Source: Promethearchaeota archaeon
GTDB taxonomy: Archaea > Asgardarchaeota > Lokiarchaeia > Sigyniarchaeales > SOKP01
Direction: 5' to 3'
NCBI GenBank assembly: GCA_016839705.1
Contig: JAEOTR010000063.1
Span: forward strand, 1-46,930
DNA: 46,930 bases
Within the stretch, counting starts at the first letter, position 1; every line of letters starts with the position of its first letter. The translations under genes were made by a program, and so were the position numbers. This document shows, piece by piece, positions 29,775 to 40,523 of the stretch. The notes below the pieces were generated by a model, which had not been told where the DNA came from, did not search any database, and saw only the letters and a list, made by a program, of their open reading frames with translations.

Positions 29775-30260
29775 TTATTTCTTCTCTCTTATGGGAAAAT
29801 AAAGATCAAAGATCCATTTATTAGGCATTGGTTCAAGTGGGGTGATTAGTTCTTCTAACCCGGGTTCATTATCTTCATCCCTTTCAAATTGCGAAGTTCC
29901 AATCCATTCATTAAATAAATACATCCAAGTTGGGAAGATATTCTCTACGCCTTGACATCTCGCCACAGCATATAATCCACCAGGTATTTCTTTTATTTTG
30001 ATTACACCTTCAGGCTCAACATTGGTATCCACACTGATTAAACATTCATAACCATATTCACCTTGAGGATCATCTGGATTAGGAGGAGGGTTGTTATAAC
30101 CGAAGTGATAATGCTTTGCGGGATTAGAATAGAACCCCTTAGGCTCTCCCCAATCACGTATTGTTTTTATAGCATCTTCTTCAGGAGTTTTGCTAATTGC
30201 ACGATAATATGCAACTCGCATAGGTGCAAGCTTCACAATTCGTATTATAATTTCATTCAT
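29775..30260 (-). CDS. GyrI-like effector-binding protein
   Basis: LAPMRVAY, IPGGLYAV, YLFNEW and DLYFPI. Confidence 0.88.
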   Translation of the reverse strand: MNEIIIRIVKLAPMRVAYYRAISKTPEEDAIKTIRDWGEPKGFYSNPAKHYHFGYNNPPPNPDDPQGEYGYECLISVDTNVEPEGVIKIKEIPGGLYAVARCQGVENIFPTWMYLFNEWIGTSQFERDEDNEPGLEELITPLEPMPNKWIFDLYFPIREKK

Positions 30261-30339
30261 TCTAATCTTCTAATATGTTTTATTCTAATTTAAGGAGAAG
30301 TCAGTATCAAATTAATAAAATGATTTGGAAAAAAGTATT

Positions 30340-33300
30340 TTATTTCTTTTTTTTTTTCCCGGCTTCTTTAATCATTCTTTTTAAACTATCCACATCCTCT
30401 CTTTCTTTTGCCTGTTGTAATTTTTCTTTAAATTTTACGCTTTCTTTTTCTTTTTTTTCTAATTCTTGAATTAATTCTTCCTTAATATTTATAAGTTCTC
30501 CAATTTTTCCACGAAAGTCTTTTGCTTCTTTTTTAGTCTTTACTTTTTCTTCCTCTTCAAATGCTCTTTGTTTTTCTCTACTATCTTGGATTAGTTTCAT
30601 TATTTCATCAGCGGACTGACGAACTTCACTAATGTTTTCTTTCAATTTCTGATCTTCAATTCTTATTTTATCTGCTTCTCTCTCTCTTTGTTTTTCTAGT
30701 TGTTCTTGAATAGAATTGATTCTCGATTGTTCAGCTTTTACTCTCTTTTCCAAGATTTTCATATTATTGATTTCTGTTTCAATGTACTTTAGTTCTTCTT
30801 GCCATCCGATTTCTTTAAATTTCAAAATAGCTTCCTTAAAATTTACATCAGCTTTCTTGAAATCATGGTAAGCTGACCATTTTTTTCCTTCATCTATTAA
30901 TCTTAGTCCTTCATCTCTTATTTGGTCAGATCGCTGTTTAGTCAATACTAACTCTCTGTATTGTCTTTCTTGTTCTATCTTTAGTTTTTCTTGTTCTAAT
31001 CTTCTTATTCTGACTTCCTCTTGAAACGCCTCATATTCCCTTTGCCTCTTAATTTGAGTTGATTTTTCTAGTCGCTTTCGTTCAAGGTAACTAGCTTTTT
31101 CATGTTGTAAATCCTTGATTAATGAATTTAAATTATTAATTTCTGGTTCCCAGCCAATATTCTCTGCTAAAACATTCCTTGCCAGAATATATAAAGAAAC
31201 AGCTTTCTCATAATCCGGAATTGGTTGTTTTAAATAAGTCCCGGCTTCTTCTAATAATGAATAAGCAGATTCTCTTATATTCATCTGTTCCTGTATAACT
31301 CTTTCTCTTTCTTGAAGAGCTAATTGTTGTGCTTTTTTCTTTTCTCTTTCTTGTCTTTGTCGTTCTTCGACTAGTAATTGTAAATCTTTTTCTTCCTGTA
31401 CTTTATCCAGTTCTCTCTGAAACGTTAGTTTCTCCATTTCTTCATTATCTTTCATAATTTGTTTAATTTTTGTAACCATACTCTTAACGCTATCTGGAGG
31501 AAAATGGATTTCATTTAAAATAAATTCGGCTCTTCTATACGTTTCAATTGCCTTGTTATATTGTAATTGTTTTAAGAAATCTTCAGCCTTATCTAAAACT
31601 TTAAATGCTTCTTGTCTTCTTTGTTCTATCAACACTTTCCTTTGTTCCATTTTTTCTAATTGTATCTGCTTATTTTTTAAACGCTCTTTTTCAGTATTTG
31701 CTTCTTCAGAAACTTTTTGTTGAAAAATCCATTCCTCTCTTTCCTTCTGTAGAGAGTTTTCTAGATTTCTTTGTTTTTGCAGGAGAGATTCACTTTTTCT
31801 CCCTTGAACCTTTTGAATCATTTCCCTAAGAACCTCAGTAGGAAATCTGATTTCGTTAAGGATTATTTCTGCAGAATAATAATATTCTAAAGCTTTATCA
31901 TATTGAGCCTGTTTCAAGTAAGTTTCAGCTTCTTCAAGAAGATTAAAAGCTTCATTTCTTCTTCTTTCGCTATACTGATGTTTTTCTCTCTGTTTTTCGA
32001 TATCCATTTCTTTAGCTTTAGTCTTCAAGTCGTTAATTTTTATATCTTCCCGGATTTTTTGCTGAAACTTTTGTTCTTCGCGTTCGTTTTGAAGTAAAAT
32101 TTCCATTTCCTTCTGCTTTTTTAAATTATTTTCTTTATTCTTTTCCTGAATTTTGTAAATCATTTCTTTGACTGCACCTGAGGGGAAACCGATTTCATTT
32201 AATAACAATTCTGCCTGACGATACTTGTCAATAGCTTCTTCATACTTTCCTTCATTTAAATTCTTTTCAGCACTATCCATCAGATTAAATGCTTTTATTT
32301 TTTGTTTTTCTAATATTTTTTCCGTTTCTTCACGTTTTTGAATTTCAATTTGCCGTTTTCGTAATCTTTCTTTTTCCCTTTGAGCAGAGTCAATAATCTT
32401 TATTTGGAATTTATCATCTTCTTTTTGTCTTTCAGCTAATAAACGTTGTTCTAATTCTTTATTCTTTTCTAAATCTCTTTTGCGAGCCTTAATCGCATCT
32501 GTAGTTTCATATAATAATTTCATATAATCGCTGGTCCACCCAATATCGGTTAAAACCGTAATAGCATTGTTGTATTTTGTTAAAGCATCATCAAAATTAT
32601 TATCTTTAAGTAAATTGGCTCCGTCATCAATTAATTTAAATGCACTTGCTTGTTTAAGTAGACTTTGAGCAGAGGTAATTTTTTTTCTTTCTCTAACTTC
32701 TATTTCCTTCATTACCATTTCTTTTTCACTTTGTTTATATTGACGAATTTTTTCTAAGAAGTCGTACTGAGCTTTTTCATCTTCTAAAGCCTTTTCTAAC
32801 GATTTTTGTTTTATCAAATCATTTTCTTTTTTCCTATTTTGAATATCAAGAATTGTTTCTTGGATGATAGGTATTTCATCAGTCCATTGGATTTGAGCAA
32901 AAATATTTGTTACTTCATAATATAATTCTAGTGCTTCGTCATAATTCGCCTGTGAGAGAAAAGCTTGAGCATCCTCTAGCAATTTAAAAGCATTCTCTTT
33001 CTGTTTCTCACGGTAAGCAAGTTCTTTTTCTTGTTTTCTTAAAACAATTTCTTTATTTTTTAATTCCTCTTGTTGGATTTTCATTTCCTTTGCAATTTGG
33101 TCTTGAAAAATCTTTTCCAACTTTTCTTGTTCTACAACTTCATAAAATTCTCTTTGCTTTTTTAGTTCAGCTTCACGTTTTTTGTCTTCAATTACCTTGA
33201 TAGAGTTTTGGATTATATTTATTTCATCGTCCCAATTAATCTCCTTAAAAATCTTAACAGCATCATTATAGAATTTTATTGAATTATCAAAATTTCCCTT

Positions 33301-36300
33301 TTCCAAGTGAGTTTGCGCTTCTTCCAATATATTAAAGGCTTTTTCTCTCTTTTCTTCAGTTATTAATCTAAACTCTTCTTGTTGTTTTAATTTTTCTTCC
33401 TTTTCAATCATTTTAAGCTGTTCTAATCTAACCTTTTCAACAATTTGTTGTTGGAATATTAAATCCTCCTGTTCTTTTCTCAAATTTTCTTCTAGTTGAG
33501 TAATTTTCTTTATTTCTTCCGTTTTTCTTTTTTCTTGAATTTTATATATAAAATCTTGAACTATTTCCGTTGGGAAACTAATTTCACTTAGAATCAATTC
33601 AGCTTGTCGATATTTCTCTATTGATTGGTCATATTTTCCTTGGTTCAACAAATCTTCTGCATTATTCATTATTGCAAATGCTTCTGATTTACGAGCCTCA
33701 ACACTGGATAATGAAATTTCTCGTTTTTGAAATTGAATTTTTTTTGATTGAATTGTTTCTTGTTCTTTTTTCAAATAATCAGCAATTTTAACTTGAAATA
33801 GTTCATCTTCTTTTTGATGTTTCAAAGCTATCTCAAATTCATTTTGCTTTGCAATTTCTTTCTCACGCTTTCTTTCTTGTATGGTATTAATCGTATCATT
33901 TAGTACTTTTAAATAGGATGTTCCCCACCCAATATTTTTCAGTAAATCTATAGCTTCATTATATTTTTTTACAGCTTTATCATATTCTTCCGCCTTAAGT
34001 AATTCCTCTCCAGTTTCAATCATTTTAAAGGCTTCTTGTTGCTGAGCTAAATTCTGAGCAGAAATAATTTTCTCTTGTTCTAAGGGTTTCGACTCTTTTA
34101 AGGCAGCCTGGGTCTCCCTTTCTCTTTGATACTTAATTTGCTCAATAAAAGATCGTTCTGCAGCTTCTTTCGTAATAGCTCTTTGTAATTTTTTTTGATT
34201 ATATAATATACTTTCTTGCTTTTTTTGCTCAATATCTTGTATTCCTTGTTTTAATAATGGAATCTCATCTAGCCATTGAATTTGGGTAAAAATATTTATT
34301 ACTTTATGATAAACTTCAAGGACTTCATCATAATTACCTTGGGACGCTAATTTTTGAGCATTTTCTAACAAATTAAACGCTTGTTTTTTTCTTTCTTCTC
34401 GGTAAGCAAGTTCTTGTTCTCTTTCTCTGAGTATAATTTCATTTTGTTTTAATTTTTCTTGACGTGATTTTAACTCCTTTGTTATTTTCTCTTGAAAAGA
34501 TTTTTCTTGCTTTTCTCTTTCTAAGTCTGTTTGCATTTTGATCTGATTTTGTAATTCTGCTTCCCGTTTTTTATTTTCAATTTCCATTATTGAATTTTGA
34601 ATTAAGCTAATTTCATCTTGCCATTGAGCATCGGCAAAGAAGCTAATAGAATATTGTAAAATTTCAATTGCCTCATCATAATTTCCTTTAGATACCTCTT
34701 CTTTTGCTTGTTCAAGTAATTTAAATCCAGCCTTCCTTCTTTCCTCCCGATATTCTAATTCTTCTGCTCGTTCTTTTAATGCAATCTCTCGTTTTTTTAT
34801 TTTTTCACGTTCTTGATGTAGATATTTAGCAGTTTGCATTTGGAAGGCTTCGTCTTCTCTCTGTCTTTCAAGTGCTTCCTGCATCTTTTTCTGTTCACTC
34901 AATTTCTGGTTTCTTTGTAATTCTTCAACTTCAAAAATAGAGTTTTCAATTACTGAAATCTCATCCTTCCACTGAATCTCAGCAAAGATATTTCCTGCAT
35001 TTTGATAAGCTATAATAGCATTGTCATAATCTCTTTTTTTAATCAAATCAATAGCAGAATCTAAAAACTGGAATGCATCATTTTTGCGTTGCTCAAAAAT
35101 TTTCAGCTCTTTTTCCTTATCTTTTAATATAATCTCCTTCTTTTTTATACGCTCACGCTCTTTGGTTAGTTGACTAACAATCTGGCTTTGAAATTCGAGT
35201 TCTGCCTCTTTTCTTTTTTCTAATTTCTGTTGAATTTCATATTCTTTTTTAAATTGTGAATTTTTAATTTTTTGAACATTCGAAATCGTATTGTTGATAT
35301 TAGAAATATAGGTTTCCCAACCAGGCCCCATTTGCTCGAGTAATTTTAATGCTTCTTGGTATTCATTAATCGCATCATCGTACCTTTTCTCTTGTAAGAT
35401 ACTATCCGCAATACTAAGTAAATTAAAAAATTCTTTTTCTTTTTTTGACTCCTCACTTCTCCTTTCTTCATATAATCTTTTTCTGGAATCAACTTCCATT
35501 ACTGATTGTAGATTCTGTTCTTTTTGTTTTCTATAAATTGTTTCTTGAAGAGTTGTTAAATCTTTTTGCCGTTTTTGTTTTAATTGATCAATTTTTCCTT
35601 CTCTTTCCTGTTTTCCTTTTATTCCTTCTATCAAATTAAAAATAGGTTGGATATATGAATCCCAATCAATGGATTTAAATAAGTCTACAGCTTCTTCAAA
35701 TTTTTGAATTGCTTGTTCGTAATTTTTCTCCCTTTCAAAACGTTTACCAATATCTATAGTATTGAAAGCTCTTCTTTGGATAAGTTCTTCTCTTTCTTTT
35801 CTTTGTTCAAATTCGATTAGTTGTTCTTTTTTTAACTCTGATTCCAAGTTTTCAGATTTCTTCGTAATTAAGCTTTCTAATACATCAATTTGCCTTGCTT
35901 CTTGTTGTGATTGGTAATATTCAAATTGTTCCTTGTCTTTCTTGAGCTTTTCAATAATCACCAAAATATTTTGAGTTTGTTCTTTCCATCCTATCGAATT
36001 TAGTAATTCTATGGCTCTTTCATAATTCATTATTGCCTGATCGAATTTTTTCTCTTTTTCAAAAGCTTTTGCCTTATCAATATGAGCAAATGCATGGTTT
36101 TGTGATTCTTCCTCTTGCTTTTTTCTAATCCTATATCGAGCTATGGATGCCGCTTTTTCTGTGCTTGATTTCTGCCCAAACATATCCACGATTTCAGGTT
36201 TACTCTCATCTAATCTTTTAAGATATTCTTCAGATGGTCTTAATTCTTGTTCGGGTACCTGTTGAGTTTGTTGTTCTCTTCTTAAAATGTCATTAAGATT

Positions 36301-36705
36301 TTTTATTTTTATTTTAATATTCTCTAATTGAGTTTCAGCCCAACCAGATTGGGAAAGTAAATTAATAGCAGATAAATATTGTTGATTTGCTTCTTCAAAA
36401 AGTCCGTCTAATTCCAATTTTTTAGCTGCTTCTAATAAAGCAAAGGCTTGATCTTGTAGCTGTTCAACTTGAGTTTTAATCTGAGCCTGTTGGTATATCT
36501 TCTCTTTTTTCAAGGAGACTTTTAGTTCTTCTATTCTTTCATAAATGTCACTAATCCTATGCATCAAATAACCGCTTTGTTTTAGGAAATCCACTGCTTT
36601 TTCATAATTTGATATAGCCTGTTGAATATTTTTCTCTTCCTCAAATTTTTGAGCAATTTCTAAGGATTTAATAGCTTCTTGAGCTAATTGTTCTGGATTT
36701 TGCAT
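30340..36705 (-). CDS. Giant helical repeat protein (18 TPR/MIT-like units with charged helical spacers)
   Basis: Repeated AFxLLExA...YDxAIxxYxxAxxI...W/FP units separated by E/K/Q/R-rich stretches. Probable start MQNPEQ at 36705. Confidence 0.85.
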   Translation of the reverse strand: MQNPEQLAQEAIKSLEIAQKFEEEKNIQQAISNYEKAVDFLKQSGYLMHRISDIYERIEELKVSLKKEKIYQQAQIKTQVEQLQDQAFALLEAAKKLELDGLFEEANQQYLSAINLLSQSGWAETQLENIKIKIKNLNDILRREQQTQQVPEQELRPSEEYLKRLDESKPEIVDMFGQKSSTEKAASIARYRIRKKQEEESQNHAFAHIDKAKAFEKEKKFDQAIMNYERAIELLNSIGWKEQTQNILVIIEKLKKDKEQFEYYQSQQEARQIDVLESLITKKSENLESELKKEQLIEFEQRKEREELIQRRAFNTIDIGKRFEREKNYEQAIQKFEEAVDLFKSIDWDSYIQPIFNLIEGIKGKQEREGKIDQLKQKRQKDLTTLQETIYRKQKEQNLQSVMEVDSRKRLYEERRSEESKKEKEFFNLLSIADSILQEKRYDDAINEYQEALKLLEQMGPGWETYISNINNTISNVQKIKNSQFKKEYEIQQKLEKRKEAELEFQSQIVSQLTKERERIKKKEIILKDKEKELKIFEQRKNDAFQFLDSAIDLIKKRDYDNAIIAYQNAGNIFAEIQWKDEISVIENSIFEVEELQRNQKLSEQKKMQEALERQREDEAFQMQTAKYLHQEREKIKKREIALKERAEELEYREERRKAGFKLLEQAKEEVSKGNYDEAIEILQYSISFFADAQWQDEISLIQNSIMEIENKKREAELQNQIKMQTDLEREKQEKSFQEKITKELKSRQEKLKQNEIILREREQELAYREERKKQAFNLLENAQKLASQGNYDEVLEVYHKVINIFTQIQWLDEIPLLKQGIQDIEQKKQESILYNQKKLQRAITKEAAERSFIEQIKYQRERETQAALKESKPLEQEKIISAQNLAQQQEAFKMIETGEELLKAEEYDKAVKKYNEAIDLLKNIGWGTSYLKVLNDTINTIQERKREKEIAKQNEFEIALKHQKEDELFQVKIADYLKKEQETIQSKKIQFQKREISLSSVEARKSEAFAIMNNAEDLLNQGKYDQSIEKYRQAELILSEISFPTEIVQDFIYKIQEKRKTEEIKKITQLEENLRKEQEDLIFQQQIVEKVRLEQLKMIEKEEKLKQQEEFRLITEEKREKAFNILEEAQTHLEKGNFDNSIKFYNDAVKIFKEINWDDEINIIQNSIKVIEDKKREAELKKQREFYEVVEQEKLEKIFQDQIAKEMKIQQEELKNKEIVLRKQEKELAYREKQKENAFKLLEDAQAFLSQANYDEALELYYEVTNIFAQIQWTDEIPIIQETILDIQNRKKENDLIKQKSLEKALEDEKAQYDFLEKIRQYKQSEKEMVMKEIEVRERKKITSAQSLLKQASAFKLIDDGANLLKDNNFDDALTKYNNAITVLTDIGWTSDYMKLLYETTDAIKARKRDLEKNKELEQRLLAERQKEDDKFQIKIIDSAQREKERLRKRQIEIQKREETEKILEKQKIKAFNLMDSAEKNLNEGKYEEAIDKYRQAELLLNEIGFPSGAVKEMIYKIQEKNKENNLKKQKEMEILLQNEREEQKFQQKIREDIKINDLKTKAKEMDIEKQREKHQYSERRRNEAFNLLEEAETYLKQAQYDKALEYYYSAEIILNEIRFPTEVLREMIQKVQGRKSESLLQKQRNLENSLQKEREEWIFQQKVSEEANTEKERLKNKQIQLEKMEQRKVLIEQRRQEAFKVLDKAEDFLKQLQYNKAIETYRRAEFILNEIHFPPDSVKSMVTKIKQIMKDNEEMEKLTFQRELDKVQEEKDLQLLVEERQRQEREKKKAQQLALQERERVIQEQMNIRESAYSLLEEAGTYLKQPIPDYEKAVSLYILARNVLAENIGWEPEINNLNSLIKDLQHEKASYLERKRLEKSTQIKRQREYEAFQEEVRIRRLEQEKLKIEQERQYRELVLTKQRSDQIRDEGLRLIDEGKKWSAYHDFKKADVNFKEAILKFKEIGWQEELKYIETEINNMKILEKRVKAEQSRINSIQEQLEKQREREADKIRIEDQKLKENISEVRQSADEIMKLIQDSREKQRAFEEEEKVKTKKEAKDFRGKIGELINIKEELIQELEKKEKESVKFKEKLQQAKEREDVDSLKRMIKEAGKKKKK

Positions 36706-36912
36706 TTTAATTGAATCTAAATAATATTTAATTGGTTTAAGAAATAACAATAATTTTTCTTACTTTAATTTATCCCCACTTAGTAATTAAACTTTTTATA
36801 TGGTGATAATTATTTAAAGTAAAATATCGAGTACGTTAATTGTTTTTCTATTTACTACAAGTAAGCATTCACATTTTAAAAAAAAATAATAAATAAATGG
36901 TAAATTTAAGGT

Positions 36913-38868
36913 ATGGATTTAAAAAATAAGAATATAATTATTGATTTTGAACCAATTTCAAGAAGAGTTTTATTAACAAGTGATCTCTCAGTTTATGAAC
37001 TTCTGTCCGAATTAAGCTTTCCGATTAGATCAATATGCGGTGGTGCTGGAACATGTGGAAAATGTAGACTACTAGTCCAAAAGGGTAAAGATTATCTAAC
37101 TACTCCAACTAATACAGAAAAAAAATTCTTAGATCAAGATGAACTGGAAGAGGGCTGGCGATTAGCCTGTCAATCTAGAATAGATACTAGGAAGCTTCAA
37201 ATCCTTGAAAAATTAACGATACCCCAATTCCGAATTTTTCTACCAAATGAGTTAATTCTTGAAGATTTTAATATTCTAACCACAGGAATAGATAAAGAGG
37301 TAAATTTTAATCCTATGGTCAAAAAGTATTATATCGAAGTGGATAAACCTTCTTTGATAGATCCGCAAGCTGATTTTGAAAGAATAATTACCAAGCTCCT
37401 TTCTGTAGATAAAGATTTAAAAAAGGTAATTCAAATTAATATTGATTTTAATTTATTAAATGATATCCCTAAGTTATTAAGAGAAAACGATCATAAAATA
37501 ACAGTTGTTTTATGGAATAATAACAGTATAATTGCATGTGAACCAGGAAATACAGTTAATGACAATTATGGAATTGCATTTGATATCGGAACCACGACAG
37601 TAGTGGGGTATTTAATTAATCTAAATAACGGGAAAATTTATGCTCTGGATTCATGTTTAAATAGCCAGACGGCGTATGGGGAGGATGTCATTACTCGAAT
37701 AACTCTCATAAAAAATGAAAAACAGAATCTTAATGTGTTAAACTCTTCCATCATTGCTGATATTAATAAAATTCTCTCAAAAGTATGTGTTAATACTAAT
37801 GTTGACCCTTCTCGGATTTATGAGGCGAGTATTGTAGGAAATTCAGTAATGCATCACATTTTTTTGGGAATTGATCCTGTTAATATTGGTTTAAGCCCTT
37901 TTGTTCCTGTAGTACAAAAAGGGCTGAATGTAAAAGCTGAAAAATTAAACATCAATATTTCCAAAAATGGAAACGTCTACACTGCTCCTGTTATCTCTGG
38001 CTTTGTTGGAGCCGATACCGTAGGTGTAATTTTATCTTCAAGGATATTTGAAGAAAGGGAATTAACTCTAGCTATTGACATTGGAACCAATGGTGAGATC
38101 ATTATTGGAAACCGCAAAATCCTAGCAGTTGGTTCATGTGCAGCAGGATCCGCCTTAGAAGGGGCTCATATAAGTAATGGTATGAGAGCAGCAGCAGGAG
38201 CAATAGATACATTAAAAATAATACCTGAAACTTTTGAAGTAGCATTTTCAACAATAAAACATAGAAAACCATTAGGAATTTGTGGTTCTGGTTTAATTGA
38301 TGCCGTATCAGAAATGCTACGGACAAATATTCTAACAAGAAGTGGGAATTTCAATAAAGAATTCATTAATCATGAGAGAATTAATAAAACGGATAAAAAT
38401 ATGGAGTTTATTATAGCTAAAAAAGATGAAACATCTCTTGGTAAACCTATAACTATCACTCAGAATGATATAAGACAAGTTCAAATGGCAAAAGCAGCAT
38501 TCTATTCCGGAATGAGATTAATTATAAAACATTTGGGTGAAAAATTAGAAATAGAACAAGTATTTTTAGCTGGAGCTTTTGGAAATTATATTAATAAAAG
38601 AAACGCAAAGTTTGTTGGAATGATACCCGATATTCCTGATAATAAAATATACCAGATAGGTAATGCAGCAGGAGTTGGTGCTCAGCATTGCTTATTAAAC
38701 AAAAATTTGAGAGATAAAGCAAAATCATTATTAAAAAAAATTCAATATATCGAAATTGCTGTAAAAAAAGATTTTCAGAAAGAATATGCTGAAGCCATGT
38801 ATTTTCCTCACTTGAATTTAGAATTGTTTTCCAGTTTGAAAGAGTATGAAAAAATACCAAAAAGATAA
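36913..38868 (+). CDS. Reductive activator of corrinoid proteins (RACo; 2Fe-2S plus ASKHA ATPase, DUF4445)
   Basis: CGGAGTCGKC..RLAC, FDIGTTT, DIGTNGE, CAAGSALEG, GICGSG, LAGAFG and GNAAG. Confidence 0.93.
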   Translation: MDLKNKNIIIDFEPISRRVLLTSDLSVYELLSELSFPIRSICGGAGTCGKCRLLVQKGKDYLTTPTNTEKKFLDQDELEEGWRLACQSRIDTRKLQILEKLTIPQFRIFLPNELILEDFNILTTGIDKEVNFNPMVKKYYIEVDKPSLIDPQADFERIITKLLSVDKDLKKVIQINIDFNLLNDIPKLLRENDHKITVVLWNNNSIIACEPGNTVNDNYGIAFDIGTTTVVGYLINLNNGKIYALDSCLNSQTAYGEDVITRITLIKNEKQNLNVLNSSIIADINKILSKVCVNTNVDPSRIYEASIVGNSVMHHIFLGIDPVNIGLSPFVPVVQKGLNVKAEKLNINISKNGNVYTAPVISGFVGADTVGVILSSRIFEERELTLAIDIGTNGEIIIGNRKILAVGSCAAGSALEGAHISNGMRAAAGAIDTLKIIPETFEVAFSTIKHRKPLGICGSGLIDAVSEMLRTNILTRSGNFNKEFINHERINKTDKNMEFIIAKKDETSLGKPITITQNDIRQVQMAKAAFYSGMRLIIKHLGEKLEIEQVFLAGAFGNYINKRNAKFVGMIPDIPDNKIYQIGNAAGVGAQHCLLNKNLRDKAKSLLKKIQYIEIAVKKDFQKEYAEAMYFPHLNLELFSSLKEYEKIPKR

Positions 38869-38939
38869 GATATGACTCAAGGAGAAAATTCTTTCTTTTT
38901 CCAATAGAAAAAAATACTCAAAAATTTTAATAATAGAGT

Positions 38940-39461
38940 CTAATAATTTCTGATTTCGTGTACTTTTAGAGCATTTCTCTTCAAACAATGGATTAAAGAA
39001 TTCTTGATTTCATTATTTTTATACAAACTGGTAGGATTTGGTGAGTTTAAAATCGAATTGATATTTTTTTCTCTGGATATTTGTTTAGAAATTCTTTCTA
39101 TCCATAACTCAAGGATGTCGATATTATCAAAAATGTTATACAGATACTCTTTTTTAGAAACATTGATTAGCTTTTTAAAAATAACAGAGATCATCAAATT
39201 ATAGTGTCCCCCTCGAGTATTTTTGTTTTCTATTGCAAAACAATGATTCAAAGAGATAATTTTATCATCGTGGTGAATATAACAATGGCTGAATGTTTCA
39301 CCGTCTGCGTGGAATTCCATCAGATTTGTAATCTCATCTTCTGGGATGCTAATTCCCTTTTCTGGGATACCAAATCTAAATTTAATCAGCACCATTGGTC
39401 CAATCTTGATGTCAAAATAAGAAACAATCAATTCATATGGTAAATCTATAATTTTAATCAC
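38940..39461 (-). CDS. Longin/uDENN-like protein
   Basis: IVSYFDIKIGP, LMEF..FSH and RGG..LMISVI. The FDxxxGP start is typical of uDENN/longin domains. Confidence 0.6.
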   Translation of the reverse strand: MIKIIDLPYELIVSYFDIKIGPMVLIKFRFGIPEKGISIPEDEITNLMEFHADGETFSHCYIHHDDKIISLNHCFAIENKNTRGGHYNLMISVIFKKLINVSKKEYLYNIFDNIDILELWIERISKQISREKNINSILNSPNPTSLYKNNEIKNSLIHCLKRNALKVHEIRNY

Positions 39462-39532
39462 TTCTAATTAATTTTTTTCTAATAAGAAAATTACCCATCA
39501 TTTTTCTAGATCGTTTTTTTAAGGGAGTGTGA

Positions 39533-40066
39533 TTAATGAACAAAAGTTCCTATTATTTCCCGAATCCTGTTGATATAATAGAAACTATGATTAATGATCT
39601 GTTTTAAATCTACATTATCATAAAATGCAATTGTTAATATAGCTGCTTTTCCTGCCCATACACAAATTATTTTACCTTTTGCAGAATTGATAATAGTTGA
39701 TTGTAAATCTCCATGTTCACATTCAATTCCAACACGTTCACTTAGTGATATTATTGCTGCTGTCATTGCCCCGATACGCGTTTCATCCCAATCAGCTTCC
39801 GGATTAAAAACAATTGGATAACCGCCAACCCCTATTAAGGAAATATTTCTTACTCCTTCAATCAACTTCAGCATCTTTAAACATGGTTTTATTTGTTCTA
39901 ATAATTTCTTTTGAGTGTTAGTTGAAAATTCTTTAGACCACCTTGCTAATGTTGTTTGACTAACATTAAACTTATTTTCAGTTTCATAATATGTATGATC
40001 TTTTAAATATTCTAATATTTCTCGCTTTTTTTCATTTGAATATCGTTTTCCTTGCATTTCGATCAC
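39533..40066 (-). CDS. HTH fused to a roadblock/LC7 domain
   Basis: YSNEKKREIL..FNVSQTTLARW HTH, then DETRIGAMTAAIISLSERVGIE..GDLQ..AGKAAIL roadblock. Confidence 0.85.
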   Translation of the reverse strand: MIEMQGKRYSNEKKREILEYLKDHTYYETENKFNVSQTTLARWSKEFSTNTQKKLLEQIKPCLKMLKLIEGVRNISLIGVGGYPIVFNPEADWDETRIGAMTAAIISLSERVGIECEHGDLQSTIINSAKGKIICVWAGKAAILTIAFYDNVDLKQIINHSFYYINRIREIIGTFVH

Positions 40067-40523
40067 TTTGAATAATAAAGTAGTATTAGTATTTAAATCT
40101 TTCTATCAATTTCCAAGAATATAAGTATTAGTAAAGCATTAGTAAATTGAATCTCTATATTAAAAATAATGTTAGTAACTAATATTATCCACTAAAAAAA
40201 CAAGCAATTGCATTTATGCAGATTTTTTGTTTTAAAGAAAAATAACTCATTTATTTGTTTTTAATTTAAAAAAATTCTATTACCTCAAAGGAAAAGGAAA
40301 TTTAAGGATTTATCAAAATTTAAAAACTGTGAGTTACTTTAAATTCATAACAAAATTTAATGGATACAAAAAAATTAAATATAATACCGTTCATAAAATC
40401 TTAAAATTAATTTGTATTAATAAATTAAATAAACTATTAAATATCATAATTTTAATATTAATTTATAGAAAAAACAAAATAATTAATTACAATAATCAAA
40501 TAATACGACGTGTGTGGAGCTTA

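Noticed and set aside
40329-40523. 65-aa N-terminal extension of the Rab-like GTPase in the ORF track
   Set aside because: AT-rich I/K/N-biased intergenic read-through. The GTPase fold starts at ATG 40524, behind GGAG.
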